Program-made: the position numbers and the translations under genes
Shown: piece by piece, positions 42,983 to 56,467 of the stretch
How the letters are laid out: each line of letters starts with the position of its first letter
Position numbering within the stretch: position 1 is the first letter of the stretch
Notes under the pieces: model-generated
Database searches by the model: none
What the model was told of the DNA's origin: nothing
What the model saw: only the letters and a program-made list of their open reading frames with translations
Source of the DNA: Escherichia coli
GTDB taxonomy: Bacteria > Pseudomonadota > Gammaproteobacteria > Enterobacterales > Enterobacteriaceae
Length of the DNA: 64,000 nucleotides
NCBI RefSeq assembly: GCF_003334815.1
Contig: NZ_QOWO01000002.1
Direction: 5' to 3' (one strand)

Positions 42983-44704
42983 TTACAAACCCTGCTTGAA
43001 CTGGTAATAACGCCCCTGTCTGGCAAGCAGTTCTGCGTGAGTACCTTGCTCAATAATTTGCCCGTTGTCCATCACTATTATTTGTTGGAAACGAGAGAGT
43101 CCGCGAAGTCGATGGGTGACCATTAACACCGTTTTCTCACGCATCATTTCTGCAAGCAATTCAAGGATCTGGCTTTCGGTTGTGGCATCTAAGCCTTCGG
43201 TAGGTTCATCCAGCAACACCAGTGGCGCATCATGTAACAGCGCACGGGCGATAGCCAGACGGCGCAGTTCACCACCGGAGAGCTGGCGTCCGCCTTCACC
43301 TAACCAACTGTTGAGACCTGCATCCTCGAGCAGCTTTTCCAGGCCAACGCGACGCAAGATCTCCGACAGAGCCTCATCACTACTGCCAGGCGAGGCGAGT
43401 AAAAGATTATCACGCAGCGTGGCGCTAAACAGATGCACTCGCTGAGGAACAACGCTGATGGTCTGTCGTAGAGCCGCTTCATTCAGGCTGGCTATGGGGC
43501 TATCGTTAAGCAAAATCTCGCCCTGTTGCGGGTCCCATGCGCGGGTCAGCAGTTGTAACAGTGTTGATTTGCCGCATCCGGTTCGCCCGAGAATCGCTAT
43601 ATGTTCCCCGGCGTTTACCTGAAGAGAAATCCCTTTAAGTGCCTGTTGAGATTGCTCCGGATAAGTGAACTGAACATCCCGTAACGTCAGCGAAACGCGA
43701 TCGGCAACACGAGTTTGGGTATCAGGAAAGGTGACCTCCGGTTTTTGATCCGTTAAGTCAGAGATACGTACGGCAGAGGCAATGACTTGCCCCAGATGCT
43801 GAAATGCACCCGTTACTGGTGCCAGTGCTTCAAACGCGGCTAACGCGCAGAAGACAAACAGGGCAATTAACGCGCCGGGTTGAGCATTGCCGCCAACGCC
43901 GCCAGACGCCATCCACAGCATCAGGATCACCGCTAACGCGCCAATGAGCAGCATTATCGCTTGCGACAATGCGGTCAGTTCAGATTGACGGCGTTGCGCT
44001 TCCAGCCATTGAATTTCTGTATTCTCTAGTTGCGTGCGATAACGATCGCTGGCACCAAAAATGGTCAGCTCAGCTTGCCCTTGCAGCCAGGCCGTCAGTT
44101 GTTGGCGATACTGTCCGCGAAGATGAGTCAGATTTTGCCCGGTGCTTTTTCCCGCACGATAAAACAGCGGTGGCATCAAGAAAAGCGTCAGTAACATAAT
44201 GCCGCCCAGCGTAAAGGCGAGGGTGAAATCAAGGAAACTTAACCCGATTGTCACCACCATAATCACCACAAAAGCGCCCACCAGCGGCGAGATAACGCGC
44301 AGGTAAAGATGATCGAGCGTATCAACATCCGCCACCACGCGATTGAGCAATTCGCCCTGACGATAGCGCGCCAGTCCGGCAGGGGAGAGGGGCAGCAATT
44401 TGCTGAAGGTGTAAATGCGCAGATGCTGCAACACGCGGAAAGTCGCGTCGTGACTTACCAGACGTTCAAAATAGCGCCCGGCAGTACGGGTGATTGCTGC
44501 GCCACGCACGCCCGCAGCGGGTAGCATATAGTTGAAGCTGTACAGTCCGGCAACCCCCGCAACCGCTGAGGCCGAGAGGAACCAGCCGGAAAGTGTCAAC
44601 AGACCGATACTGGCGAGCAGCGTCACAATTGCCAGCACAATACCAAGACTTAACATCCATTTATGACGTTTATACAGTGCCAGATAGGGTAGCAAAGCGC
44701 GCAT
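42983..44704 (-). CDS. cydC: Cysteine/glutathione ABC exporter subunit CydC
   Basis: 573-aa ORF, N-terminal TMD + C-terminal ABC ATPase (GRTGCGKST); abuts cydD stop. Confidence 0.95.
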   Translation of the reverse strand: MRALLPYLALYKRHKWMLSLGIVLAIVTLLASIGLLTLSGWFLSASAVAGVAGLYSFNYMLPAAGVRGAAITRTAGRYFERLVSHDATFRVLQHLRIYTFSKLLPLSPAGLARYRQGELLNRVVADVDTLDHLYLRVISPLVGAFVVIMVVTIGLSFLDFTLAFTLGGIMLLTLFLMPPLFYRAGKSTGQNLTHLRGQYRQQLTAWLQGQAELTIFGASDRYRTQLENTEIQWLEAQRRQSELTALSQAIMLLIGALAVILMLWMASGGVGGNAQPGALIALFVFCALAAFEALAPVTGAFQHLGQVIASAVRISDLTDQKPEVTFPDTQTRVADRVSLTLRDVQFTYPEQSQQALKGISLQVNAGEHIAILGRTGCGKSTLLQLLTRAWDPQQGEILLNDSPIASLNEAALRQTISVVPQRVHLFSATLRDNLLLASPGSSDEALSEILRRVGLEKLLEDAGLNSWLGEGGRQLSGGELRRLAIARALLHDAPLVLLDEPTEGLDATTESQILELLAEMMREKTVLMVTHRLRGLSRFQQIIVMDNGQIIEQGTHAELLARQGRYYQFKQGL

Positions 44705-46471
44705 TTAAATCTCCTCCTGACGATGGGCCAGTAATGTGGCGAATGGGCCACCAGCCACACTTAATTCCGCGTAACGTCCTTGCTCAATAATCCGGCCATC
44801 CTGCATAACCCAAATGACATCCCAGTCAGCAAGATCTTCTAACTGGTGGGTGACCATTAACGTTGTCTGGCGCAGAGAGGCGGCATTCAGCGCCTCCATT
44901 ACGCGCTGTTCACTGTGAGCATCAAGGCTGGCAGCGGGTTCATCCAACAGTAATAGCGAACAGGGATTTAGTAACGCACGGGCCACCGCCACGCGCTGCG
45001 CCTGCCCCACGGAAAGGCGGGCAGCCTGGTCGCCAACAGGCGTATCAACGCCTTGTGGGAGGAGCGGTAGAAACTCGCTGACCCAGGCGTTATCCAGCGC
45101 TGCTTGTAATTCTTGTTCGCTGGCATCAGGTCGCGCCAGTAGTACGTTATCCCGCAATGTTGCTGCCGGTAATTGTGGGTTTTGCCCAACCCAGGAGAGA
45201 TGTTTACGCCATGATTCTGGTGATAAATCGCGTAATTCTATCCCGTTGATTCGTAGCGATCCCTGATATGAGAGAAAACCAGAAAGCGCGTTCAGCAGTG
45301 AGCTTTTACCTGAACCGCTGCGACCAACCAACACCGCACGTTGGCCTGCTGGCAAAGTAAAGTTCAGCGGTCCGGCCAGCGTTTTACCTTCCGGCGACGT
45401 GATAAACAGCTCCTCGGCCTCAATGGTCACCGGATCGGTCGATGCTAATTCCGCCTCACCACGTTGCGGATGGGCGAGCGGGGTTTCCATAAACGTTTTC
45501 AGACTGTCAGCTGCGCCAACAGCCTGGGCTTTAGCATGATAAAACGTACCGAGATCGCGTAATGGCTGGAAAAACTCTGGCGCAAGGATCAGGGCCAGAA
45601 AACCCGCAGCCAGCGTCACACCGGTATCGTAGTGACCAAAATCCAGCTCGCCGAGATAGGAAAAACCAAAGTAGACCGCCACCAGAGCAATTGACAGCGA
45701 GGTAAAAAATTCGAGAATGCCGGAGGATAAAAACGCCAGCCGTAGCACTTCCATTGTCCGTTGGCGGAAATCTTCCGAAGCAGAACGAATACTTTCAATT
45801 TCAGCTTCACCACGACCAAAAATACGCAATGTTTCCATGCCGCGCAGGCGATCGAGGAAATGCCCACTTAAGCGAGCAAGAGCGAGAAAGTTACGTCGGT
45901 TAGCATCGGCAGCCCCCATTCCAACCAGCGCCATAAACAACGGAATTAACGGTGCAGTGCCCAGCAGAATGAGCGCCGCAGCCCAGTTAGAGGGGAAGAT
46001 TGCCACCACAATCAGCAACGGCACCGACACTGCCAGCGCCATTTGCGGCAGATAGCGTGCATAGTAATCATGCATATCGTCAATTTGCTCGAGTACCAGC
46101 GTCGCCCAGCTCCCCGCAGGTTTACCCTGAATCCACGCTGGCCCTGCTTGTTGCAGACGGTCGAGAACCTGACGGCGGATGGCAAAGCGGATATGCTGCC
46201 CGGCGTGATAACCCACCCGTTCGCGTAACCAGACCACCCATGCGCGCAGTACAAAGGTCAGAACCAGTAACGTAAAGGGAAGCAGCAGGGCTTCACGGGG
46301 AATATTCTCCATAATCATATGTTGCAGAATTCGCGCCATGAACCAGGCCTGGGCAATGATCAATATGCCGCTCACAAAGCCCAGCAGACGAGAAATATTC
46401 AGCCAACGTTGGGAGATGACGCTTTGCTGTTTTAACCAGCGGGTTAACTCTTTTTGACGAGATTTATTCAT
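44705..46471 (-). CDS. cydD: Cysteine/glutathione ABC exporter subunit CydD
   Basis: 588-aa ORF, TMD + ABC ATPase (GRSGSGKSS). Confidence 0.95.
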   Translation of the reverse strand: MNKSRQKELTRWLKQQSVISQRWLNISRLLGFVSGILIIAQAWFMARILQHMIMENIPREALLLPFTLLVLTFVLRAWVVWLRERVGYHAGQHIRFAIRRQVLDRLQQAGPAWIQGKPAGSWATLVLEQIDDMHDYYARYLPQMALAVSVPLLIVVAIFPSNWAAALILLGTAPLIPLFMALVGMGAADANRRNFLALARLSGHFLDRLRGMETLRIFGRGEAEIESIRSASEDFRQRTMEVLRLAFLSSGILEFFTSLSIALVAVYFGFSYLGELDFGHYDTGVTLAAGFLALILAPEFFQPLRDLGTFYHAKAQAVGAADSLKTFMETPLAHPQRGEAELASTDPVTIEAEELFITSPEGKTLAGPLNFTLPAGQRAVLVGRSGSGKSSLLNALSGFLSYQGSLRINGIELRDLSPESWRKHLSWVGQNPQLPAATLRDNVLLARPDASEQELQAALDNAWVSEFLPLLPQGVDTPVGDQAARLSVGQAQRVAVARALLNPCSLLLLDEPAASLDAHSEQRVMEALNAASLRQTTLMVTHQLEDLADWDVIWVMQDGRIIEQGRYAELSVAGGPFATLLAHRQEEI

Positions 46472-46527
46472 TGCACGCTTAGCAGGTGAGTTATCAGAAT
46501 TATTTGCAGAGCAATGTTACAACGGGG

Positions 46528-46566
46528 AAAAAATAAAGGCGACCCATAGTCGCATGGTGTCGCCTT
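46528..46566 (-). terminator. Intrinsic terminator of trxB
   Basis: On minus strand hairpin GGCGACACCATGCGACTATGGGTCGCC followed by TTTATTTTTT. Confidence 0.65.
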
Positions 46567-46593
46567 CTTTACTTTTGTTACTGATTTGTAAAA

Positions 46594-47676
<1,083 letters not shown>

Positions 47677-48103
47677 TCAAATTCTCCCGTCATTATCACC
47701 TCTGCTACTTAAATTTCCCGCTTTATAAGCCGATTAAATGATGAATAAACGCCCCTGTTAATGAATATCTGGCATGTTGTACTAAAAATCGATGTTTTGC
47801 TTTGACAATCCCCTGGTGTTTTGCGAAAACATTCGAGGAAGAAAAAAAACAGTATTCTTATATGCGCATAACCATGCATGTAAATACCATGTTTACCGTG
47901 CTAGTGAAATCTACGTATGGCGTGGACAGACGCCATTCGTGATGTCGATAGCTGCCACAAGGCAACGGTCTTCTCACCGTAGACCCAGGCATTGCGCGCC
48001 GTGAATCTTCATGATTTCGGTCTATCGTGACGGGTAGCGACTCTGAACAGTGATGTTTCAGGGTCAGACAGGAGTAGGGAAGGAATACAGAGAGACAATA
48101 ATA

Positions 48104-48598
48104 ATGGTAGATAGCAAGAAGCGCCCTGGCAAAGATCTCGACCGTATCGATCGTAACATTCTTAATGAGTTGCAAAAGGATGGGCGTATTTCTAACGTCG
48201 AGCTTTCTAAACGTGTGGGACTTTCCCCAACGCCGTGCCTTGAGCGTGTGCGTCGGCTGGAAAGACAAGGGTTTATTCAGGGCTATACGGCGCTGCTTAA
48301 CCCCCATTATCTGGATGCATCACTTCTGGTATTCGTTGAGATTACTCTGAATCGTGGCGCACCGGATGTGTTTGAACAATTCAATACCGCTGTACAAAAA
48401 CTTGAAGAAATTCAGGAGTGTCATTTAGTATCCGGTGATTTCGACTACCTGTTGAAAACACGCGTGCCGGATATGTCAGCCTACCGTAAGTTGCTGGGGG
48501 AAACCCTGCTGCGTCTGCCTGGCGTCAATGACACACGGACATACGTTGTTATGGAAGAAGTCAAGCAGAGTAATCGTCTGGTTATTAAGACGCGCTAA
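48104..48598 (+). CDS. lrp: Leucine-responsive regulatory protein Lrp
   Basis: 164-aa ORF from ATG 48104 (MVDSKKRPGKDLDRIDRNILNELQKDGRISNVELSKRVGLSPTPCLERVRRLE...). Confidence 0.95.
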   Translation: MVDSKKRPGKDLDRIDRNILNELQKDGRISNVELSKRVGLSPTPCLERVRRLERQGFIQGYTALLNPHYLDASLLVFVEITLNRGAPDVFEQFNTAVQKLEEIQECHLVSGDFDYLLKTRVPDMSAYRKLLGETLLRLPGVNDTRTYVVMEEVKQSNRLVIKTR

Positions 48599-48636
48599 CA
48601 CGGAACAGGTGCAAAATCGGCGTATTTTGATTACAC

Positions 48637-48656
48637 TCCTGTTAATCCATACAGCA
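48637..48656 (+). promoter_or_regulatory. LexA (SOS) box upstream of ftsK (dinH promoter)
   Basis: CTGT-N8-ACAG with exact spacing: TCCTGTTAATCCATACAGCA, ~80 bp upstream of ftsK start. Confidence 0.6.
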
Positions 48657-48732
48657 ACAGTACTGGGGTAACCTGGTACTGTTGTCCGTTTTAGCATCGG
48701 GCAGGAAAAGCCTGTAACCTGGAGAGCCTTTC

Positions 48733-51700
48733 TTGAGCCAGGAATACACTGAAGACAAAGAAGTCACATTGACAAAGTTAAGTAGCGGCCGCCGCCTTCT
48801 GGAGGCGTTGCTGATCCTTATTGTCCTGTTTGCCGTCTGGTTGATGGCTGCCTTACTAAGCTTTAACCCTTCGGACCCCAGCTGGTCGCAAACGGCCTGG
48901 CATGAACCTATCCATAATTTAGGTGGGATGCCCGGTGCGTGGTTGGCAGATACGCTGTTCTTTATTTTTGGCGTGATGGCTTACACCATTCCCGTCATTA
49001 TTGTCGGCGGTTGTTGGTTTGCCTGGCGTCATCAGTCCAGCGACGAATACATTGATTATTTTGCCGTTTCGCTACGCATCATTGGCGTTTTGGCGCTCAT
49101 CCTTACCTCCTGTGGTCTGGCGGCAATCAACGCTGACGATATCTGGTATTTTGCCTCCGGTGGCGTCATTGGCAGCTTACTAAGCACTACGCTACAACCA
49201 CTGCTACACAGTAGCGGGGGAACTATTGCGCTGCTCTGCGTTTGGGCAGCGGGCCTGACGTTGTTCACCGGTTGGTCATGGGTGACCATTGCTGAAAAAC
49301 TCGGCGGCTGGATTTTAAACATTCTCACCTTCGCCAGTAATCGTACCCGTCGCGATGATACCTGGGTCGATGAAGATGAGTATGAAGACGACGAAGAGTA
49401 TGAAGATGAAAATCACGGCAAACAGCATGAATCACGCCGTGCCCGTATTCTTCGCGGCGCGCTAGCGCGTCGTAAACGGTTGGCGGAAAAATTCATTAAT
49501 CCGATGGGGCGGCAAACAGACGCTGCGTTGTTCTCCGGTAAGCGGATGGATGATGACGAAGAGATTACCTACACTGCACGCGGTGTGGCTGCCGACCCGG
49601 ACGACGTCCTATTTTCGGGCAATCGTGCAACGCAGCCAGAATATGACGAATACGATCCATTATTAAACGGTGCGCCAATTACCGAACCTGTCGCTGTAGC
49701 AGCTGCTGCTACCACGGCGACACAAAGCTGGGCTGCGCCGGTTGAACCTGTGACTCAGACGCCGCCTGTTGCCTCTGTTGATGTTCCACCTGCGCAACCT
49801 ACAGTAGCCTGGCAGCCTGTACCGGGTCCACAAACGGGAGAGCCGGTTATTGCTCCTGCACCGGAAGGTTACCCACAGCAGTCACAATATGCGCAGCCTG
49901 CAGTGCAATATAATGAGCCGCTGCAACAACCAGTACAGCCGCAGCAGCCGTATTATGCACCTGCAGCTGAACAACCTGCGCAACAGCCGTATTATGCCCC
50001 TGCGCCAGAACAACCGGTGGCAGGTAACGCCTGGCAAGCCGAAGAGCAGCAATCCACTTTTGCTCCACAGTCTACATACCAGACTGAGCAAACTTATCAG
50101 CAGCCAGCCGCTCAGGAGCCGTTGTACCAACAGCCGCAACCCGTTGAACAGCAGCCTGTTGTGGAGCCTGAACCCGTTGTAGAAGAGACAAAACCCGCGC
50201 GTCCGCCGCTTTACTACTTTGAAGAAGTTGAAGAGAAGCGAGCCCGTGAACGTGAACAACTTGCGGCCTGGTATCAACCGATTCCAGAACCGGTTAAAGA
50301 ACCAGAACCGATCAAATCTTCGCTGAAAGCACCTTCTGTTGCAGCAGTACCTCCAGTAGAAGCCGCTGCCGCTGTTTCCCCGCTGGCATCTGGCGTGAAA
50401 AAAGCGACACTGGCGACGGGGGCTGCCGCAACCGTTGCCGCGCCAGTCTTCAGTCTGGCAAATAGCGGTGGACCGCGTCCTCAGGTCAAAGAGGGGATTG
50501 GTCCGCAGTTGCCACGACCGAAACGTATCCGCGTGCCAACTCGTCGTGAACTGGCGTCTTACGGTATTAAGCTGCCCTCACAGCGTGCGGCGGAAGAAAA
50601 AGCCCGTGAAGCCCAGCGCAATCAGTACGATTCTGGCGATCAGTACAACGATGATGAAATCGATGCGATGCAGCAGGATGAACTGGCACGTCAGTTCGCC
50701 CAGACACAGCAGCAACGCTATGGCGAACAGTATCAACATGATGTGCCCGTAAACGCAGAAGATGCAGATGCTGCGGCAGAGGCTGAACTGGCTCGTCAGT
50801 TTGCGCAAACTCAACAACAACGTTATTCCGGCGAACAACCGGCTGGGGCGAATCCGTTCTCGCTGGATGATTTTGAATTTTCGCCAATGAAAGCGTTGCT
50901 GGATGATGGTCCACACGAACCGTTGTTTACGCCAATTGTTGAACCTGTACAGCAGCCGCAACAACCGGTTGCACCGCAGCAGCAATATCAGCAGCCGCAA
51001 CAACCAGTTCCGCCGCAGCCGCAGTATCAGCAGCCACAACAGCCGGTTGCGCCGCAGCCACAATATCAGCAGCCGCAACAACCGGTTGCGCCACAGCAGC
51101 AATATCAGCAGCCGCAACAACCGGTTGCGCCGCAGCAGCAGTATCAGCAGCCACAACAGCCAGTTGCGCCACAACCGCAGGATACCCTGCTTCATCCGCT
51201 GTTGATGCGTAATGGCGACAGCCGTCCGTTGCATAAACCGACGACGCCGCTGCCTTCTCTGGATTTGCTGACACCGCCGCCGAGCGAAGTGGAGCCGGTA
51301 GATACCTTTGCGCTTGAACAAATGGCTCGCCTGGTGGAAGCGCGTCTGGCTGATTTCCGTATTAAAGCCGATGTCGTCAATTACTCTCCGGGGCCGGTTA
51401 TCACTCGCTTTGAATTGAACCTGGCACCGGGCGTAAAAGCGGCGCGCATTTCTAACTTGTCACGGGACCTTGCCCGTTCACTTTCGACGGTGGCGGTGCG
51501 TGTCGTTGAAGTTATTCCTGGCAAACCCTATGTAGGTCTGGAGTTACCGAATAAAAAACGACAAACCGTTTATCTGCGCGAAGTTTTGGATAACGCCAAA
51601 TTCCGCGATAATCCGTCGCCATTAACCGTGGTGCTGGGTAAAGATATCGCCGGTGAGCCGGTGGTTGCCGATCTGGCGAAAATGCCGCACTTGTTGGTTG

Positions 51701-52722
51701 CGGGGACTACCGGTTCCGGTAAATCTGTCGGTGTGAACGCGATGATCCTGAGCATGCTTTATAAAGCACAGCCAGAAGATGTGCGTTTCATCATGATCGA
51801 CCCGAAAATGCTGGAGCTTTCGGTTTATGAAGGCATTCCGCATCTGTTAACGGAAGTCGTTACTGATATGAAAGATGCCGCCAACGCGCTGCGCTGGTGT
51901 GTTAACGAGATGGAGCGTCGGTATAAACTGATGTCTGCGCTGGGTGTGCGTAATCTGGCGGGTTATAACGAAAAAATTGCTGAAGCCGATCGCATGATGC
52001 GTCCGATTCCAGACCCGTACTGGAAGCCGGGTGACAGTATGGATGCCCAGCATCCGGTGCTGAAAAAAGAACCATACATTGTGGTGTTGGTTGACGAATT
52101 TGCCGACCTGATGATGACGGTAGGTAAAAAAGTGGAAGAGCTGATAGCACGTCTGGCGCAAAAAGCCCGTGCCGCGGGTATCCACCTCGTACTGGCAACT
52201 CAGCGTCCATCGGTTGATGTTATTACTGGTCTGATTAAAGCGAATATTCCGACCCGTATCGCCTTTACCGTATCCAGTAAGATTGACTCACGTACCATTC
52301 TTGATCAGGCTGGCGCGGAATCACTGCTGGGTATGGGGGATATGCTCTACTCTGGGCCGAACTCCACGTTGCCGGTACGTGTCCATGGTGCTTTTGTTCG
52401 CGATCAGGAAGTTCATGCCGTGGTGCAGGACTGGAAAGCGCGTGGTCGCCCACAGTATGTTGATGGCATCACCTCCGACAGCGAAAGCGAAGGTGGTGCG
52501 GGTGGTTTCGATGGCGCTGAAGAACTGGATCCGTTGTTCGATCAGGCGGTGCAGTTTGTCACTGAAAAACGCAAAGCGTCAATTTCTGGCGTACAGCGTC
52601 AGTTCCGCATTGGTTATAACCGTGCAGCGCGTATTATCGAACAGATGGAAGCGCAGGGGATTGTCAGCGAACAGGGGCACAACGGTAATCGTGAAGTGCT
52701 GGCCCCACCGCCGTTTGACTAA
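48733..52722 (+). CDS. ftsK: DNA translocase FtsK
   Basis: 1329-aa ORF (TTG start); N-terminal membrane domain, Pro/Gln-rich linker, C-terminal motor with Walker A GTTGSGKS and gamma domain. Confidence 0.95.
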   Translation: MSQEYTEDKEVTLTKLSSGRRLLEALLILIVLFAVWLMAALLSFNPSDPSWSQTAWHEPIHNLGGMPGAWLADTLFFIFGVMAYTIPVIIVGGCWFAWRHQSSDEYIDYFAVSLRIIGVLALILTSCGLAAINADDIWYFASGGVIGSLLSTTLQPLLHSSGGTIALLCVWAAGLTLFTGWSWVTIAEKLGGWILNILTFASNRTRRDDTWVDEDEYEDDEEYEDENHGKQHESRRARILRGALARRKRLAEKFINPMGRQTDAALFSGKRMDDDEEITYTARGVAADPDDVLFSGNRATQPEYDEYDPLLNGAPITEPVAVAAAATTATQSWAAPVEPVTQTPPVASVDVPPAQPTVAWQPVPGPQTGEPVIAPAPEGYPQQSQYAQPAVQYNEPLQQPVQPQQPYYAPAAEQPAQQPYYAPAPEQPVAGNAWQAEEQQSTFAPQSTYQTEQTYQQPAAQEPLYQQPQPVEQQPVVEPEPVVEETKPARPPLYYFEEVEEKRAREREQLAAWYQPIPEPVKEPEPIKSSLKAPSVAAVPPVEAAAAVSPLASGVKKATLATGAAATVAAPVFSLANSGGPRPQVKEGIGPQLPRPKRIRVPTRRELASYGIKLPSQRAAEEKAREAQRNQYDSGDQYNDDEIDAMQQDELARQFAQTQQQRYGEQYQHDVPVNAEDADAAAEAELARQFAQTQQQRYSGEQPAGANPFSLDDFEFSPMKALLDDGPHEPLFTPIVEPVQQPQQPVAPQQQYQQPQQPVPPQPQYQQPQQPVAPQPQYQQPQQPVAPQQQYQQPQQPVAPQQQYQQPQQPVAPQPQDTLLHPLLMRNGDSRPLHKPTTPLPSLDLLTPPPSEVEPVDTFALEQMARLVEARLADFRIKADVVNYSPGPVITRFELNLAPGVKAARISNLSRDLARSLSTVAVRVVEVIPGKPYVGLELPNKKRQTVYLREVLDNAKFRDNPSPLTVVLGKDIAGEPVVADLAKMPHLLVAGTTGSGKSVGVNAMILSMLYKAQPEDVRFIMIDPKMLELSVYEGIPHLLTEVVTDMKDAANALRWCVNEMERRYKLMSALGVRNLAGYNEKIAEADRMMRPIPDPYWKPGDSMDAQHPVLKKEPYIVVLVDEFADLMMTVGKKVEELIARLAQKARAAGIHLVLATQRPSVDVITGLIKANIPTRIAFTVSSKIDSRTILDQAGAESLLGMGDMLYSGPNSTLPVRVHGAFVRDQEVHAVVQDWKARGRPQYVDGITSDSESEGGAGGFDGAEELDPLFDQAVQFVTEKRKASISGVQRQFRIGYNRAARIIEQMEAQGIVSEQGHNGNREVLAPPPFD
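50951..51181 (+). repeat. In-frame 39-bp tandem repeats (~6 copies) in the ftsK linker
   Basis: Repeated CAGCAGCCGCAACAACCGGTTGCGCCGCAGC(A/C)GCA(A/G)TAT units with point variants, encoding [10 protein letters not shown](Q/P)QY. Confidence 0.85.
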
Positions 52723-52734
52723 CTAATGCATCGT

Positions 52735-52770
52735 ATGCCGGATAAGGCGCGGTAGCGTCGCATCCGGCAC
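52735..52770. repeat. REP element downstream of ftsK
   Basis: ATGCCGGATAAGGCGCGGTAGCGTCGCATCCGGCAC. Confidence 0.7.
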
Positions 52771-52880
52771 TCTATCAACTGAAAATTCAGTATTTTCTTC
52801 TTTCCTCAAGCTGATTATTAGCCTGGAATAGAGAGTAGAGGGAACTCCCGATCGGGAGTGACGTAATTTGAGGAATAATG

Positions 52881-53492
52881 ATGAAAAAAATTGCCATCAC
52901 CTGTGCATTACTCTCAAGCTTAGTAGCAAGCAGCGTTTGGGCTGATGCCGCAAGCGATCTGAAAAGCCGCCTGGATAAAGTCAGCAGCTTCCACGCCAGC
53001 TTCACACAAAAAGTGACTGACGGTAGCGGCGCGGCGGTGCAGGAAGGTCAGGGCGATCTGTGGGTGAAACGTCCAAACTTATTCAACTGGCATATGACAC
53101 AACCTGATGAAAGCATTCTGGTTTCTGACGGTAAAACACTGTGGTTCTATAACCCGTTCGTTGAGCAAGCTACGGCAACCTGGCTGAAAGATGCCACCGG
53201 TAATACGCCGTTTATGCTGATTGCCCGCAACCAGTCCAGCGACTGGCAGCAGTACAATATCAAACAGAATGGCGATGACTTTGTCCTGACGCCGAAAGCC
53301 AGCAATGGCAATCTGAAGCAGTTCACCATTAACGTGGGACGTGATGGCACAATCCATCAGTTTAGCGCGGTGGAGCAGGACGATCAGCGCAGCAGTTATC
53401 AACTGAAATCCCAGCAAAATGGGGCTGTGGATGCAGCGAAATTTACCTTCACCCCGCCGCAAGGCGTCACGGTAGATGATCAACGTAAGTAG
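52881..53492 (+). CDS. lolA: Outer-membrane lipoprotein carrier protein LolA
   Basis: 203-aa ORF with signal peptide [21 protein letters not shown]. Confidence 0.95.
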
Positions 53493-53502
53493 AGGCACCT
53501 GA

Positions 53503-54846
53503 GTGAGCAATCTGTCGCTCGATTTTTCGGATAATACTTTTCAACCTCTGGCCGCGCGTATGCGGCCAGAAAATTTAGCACAGTATATCGGCCAGCAACA
53601 TTTGCTGGCTGCGGGGAAGCCGTTGCCGCGCGCTATCGAAGCCGGGCATTTACATTCTATGATCCTCTGGGGGCCGCCGGGTACCGGCAAAACAACTCTC
53701 GCTGAAGTGATTGCCCGCTATGCGAACGCTGATGTGGAACGTATTTCTGCCGTCACCTCTGGCGTGAAAGAGATTCGCGAGGCGATCGAGCGCGCCCGGC
53801 AAAACCGCAATGAAGGTCGCCGCACTATTCTTTTTGTTGACGAAGTTCACCGTTTCAACAAAAGCCAGCAGGATGCATTTCTGCCACATATTGAAGACGG
53901 CACCATCACTTTTATTGGCGCAACCACTGAAAACCCGTCGTTTGAGCTTAATTCGGCACTGCTTTCCCGTGCCCGTGTCTATCTGTTGAAATCCCTGAGT
54001 ACAGAGGATATTGAGCAAGTACTAACTCAGGCGATGGAAGACAAAACCCGTGGCTATGGTGGTCAGGATATTGTTCTGCCAGATGAAACACGACGCGCCA
54101 TTGCTGAACTGGTGAATGGCGACGCGCGCCGGGCGTTAAATACGCTGGAAATGATGGCGGATATGGCCGAAGTCGATGATAGCGGTAAGCGGGTCCTGAA
54201 GCCTGAATTACTGACCGAAATCGCCGGTGAACGTAGCGCCCGCTTTGATAACAAAGGCGATCGCTTTTACGATCTGATTTCCGCACTGCATAAGTCGGTA
54301 CGTGGTAGCGCACCCGATGCGGCGCTGTACTGGTATGCGCGAATTATTACCGCTGGTGGCGATCCGTTATATGTCGCGCGTCGCTGTCTGGCGATTGCGT
54401 CTGAAGACGTCGGTAATGCCGATCCACGGGCGATGCAGGTGGCAATTGCGGCCTGGGATTGCTTTACTCGCGTTGGCCCGGCGGAAGGTGAACGCGCCAT
54501 TGCTCAGGCGATTGTTTACCTGGCCTGCGCGCCAAAAAGCAACGCTGTCTACACTGCGTTTAAAGCCGCGCTGGCCGATGCTCGCGAACGCCCGGATTAT
54601 GACGTGCCGGTTCATTTGCGTAATGCGCCGACGAAATTAATGAAGGAAATGGGCTACGGGCAGGAATATCGTTACGCTCATGATGAAGCAAACGCTTATG
54701 CTGCCGGTGAGGTTTACTTCCCGCCGGAAATAGCACAAACACGCTATTATTTCCCGACAAACAGGGGCCTTGAAGGCAAGATTGGCGAAAAGCTCGCCTG
54801 GCTGGCTGAACAGGATCAAAATAGCCCCATAAAACGCTACCGTTAA
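53503..54846 (+). CDS. rarA: Replication-associated recombination protein RarA (MgsA/YcaJ), AAA+ ATPase
   Basis: 447-aa ORF, GTG start; Walker [10 protein letters not shown], Walker B ILFVDEVH. Confidence 0.95.
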   Translation: MSNLSLDFSDNTFQPLAARMRPENLAQYIGQQHLLAAGKPLPRAIEAGHLHSMILWGPPGTGKTTLAEVIARYANADVERISAVTSGVKEIREAIERARQNRNEGRRTILFVDEVHRFNKSQQDAFLPHIEDGTITFIGATTENPSFELNSALLSRARVYLLKSLSTEDIEQVLTQAMEDKTRGYGGQDIVLPDETRRAIAELVNGDARRALNTLEMMADMAEVDDSGKRVLKPELLTEIAGERSARFDNKGDRFYDLISALHKSVRGSAPDAALYWYARIITAGGDPLYVARRCLAIASEDVGNADPRAMQVAIAAWDCFTRVGPAEGERAIAQAIVYLACAPKSNAVYTAFKAALADARERPDYDVPVHLRNAPTKLMKEMGYGQEYRYAHDEANAYAAGEVYFPPEIAQTRYYFPTNRGLEGKIGEKLAWLAEQDQNSPIKRYR

Positions 54847-54915
54847 TGTTATCGTTGCGGTAATGTTGTTACTGTATCCCTGTGGTCGCAGGCTGTGGCC
54901 ACATCTCCCATTTAA

Positions 54916-56229
<1,314 letters not shown>

Positions 56230-56249
56230 TACCCAATTTTTCTGAATCT

Positions 56250-56277
56250 AAAAAGCGCCTGCGGGCGCTTTTTTTGT
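56250..56277 (+). terminator. Intrinsic terminator of serS
   Basis: Hairpin AGCGCCTGCGGGCGCT followed by TTTTTTTG. Confidence 0.75.
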
Positions 56278-56283
56278 CTCCCT

Positions 56284-56297
56284 TTGATACCGAACAA
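56284..56297 (+). promoter_or_regulatory. FNR binding site of the dmsABC promoter
   Basis: TTGATACCGAACAA matches TTGAT-N4-ATCAA at 9/10 positions upstream of anaerobically expressed dmsA. Confidence 0.55.
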
Positions 56298-56467
56298 TAA
56301 TTACTCCTCACTTACACGTAATACTACTTTCGAGTGAAAATCTACCTATCTCTTTGATTTTCAAATTATTCGATGTATACAAGCCTATATAGCGAACTGC
56401 TATAGAAATAATTACACAATACGGTTTGTTACTGGAATCAATCGTGAGCAAGCTTGAGTGAGCCATT

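Noticed and set aside
50578-51321. 247-aa minus-strand ORF (and neighbouring 115-131-aa ORFs) inside ftsK
   Set aside because: Antisense to the well-supported ftsK frame; low-complexity product generated by the tandem repeat; no RBS or independent support.
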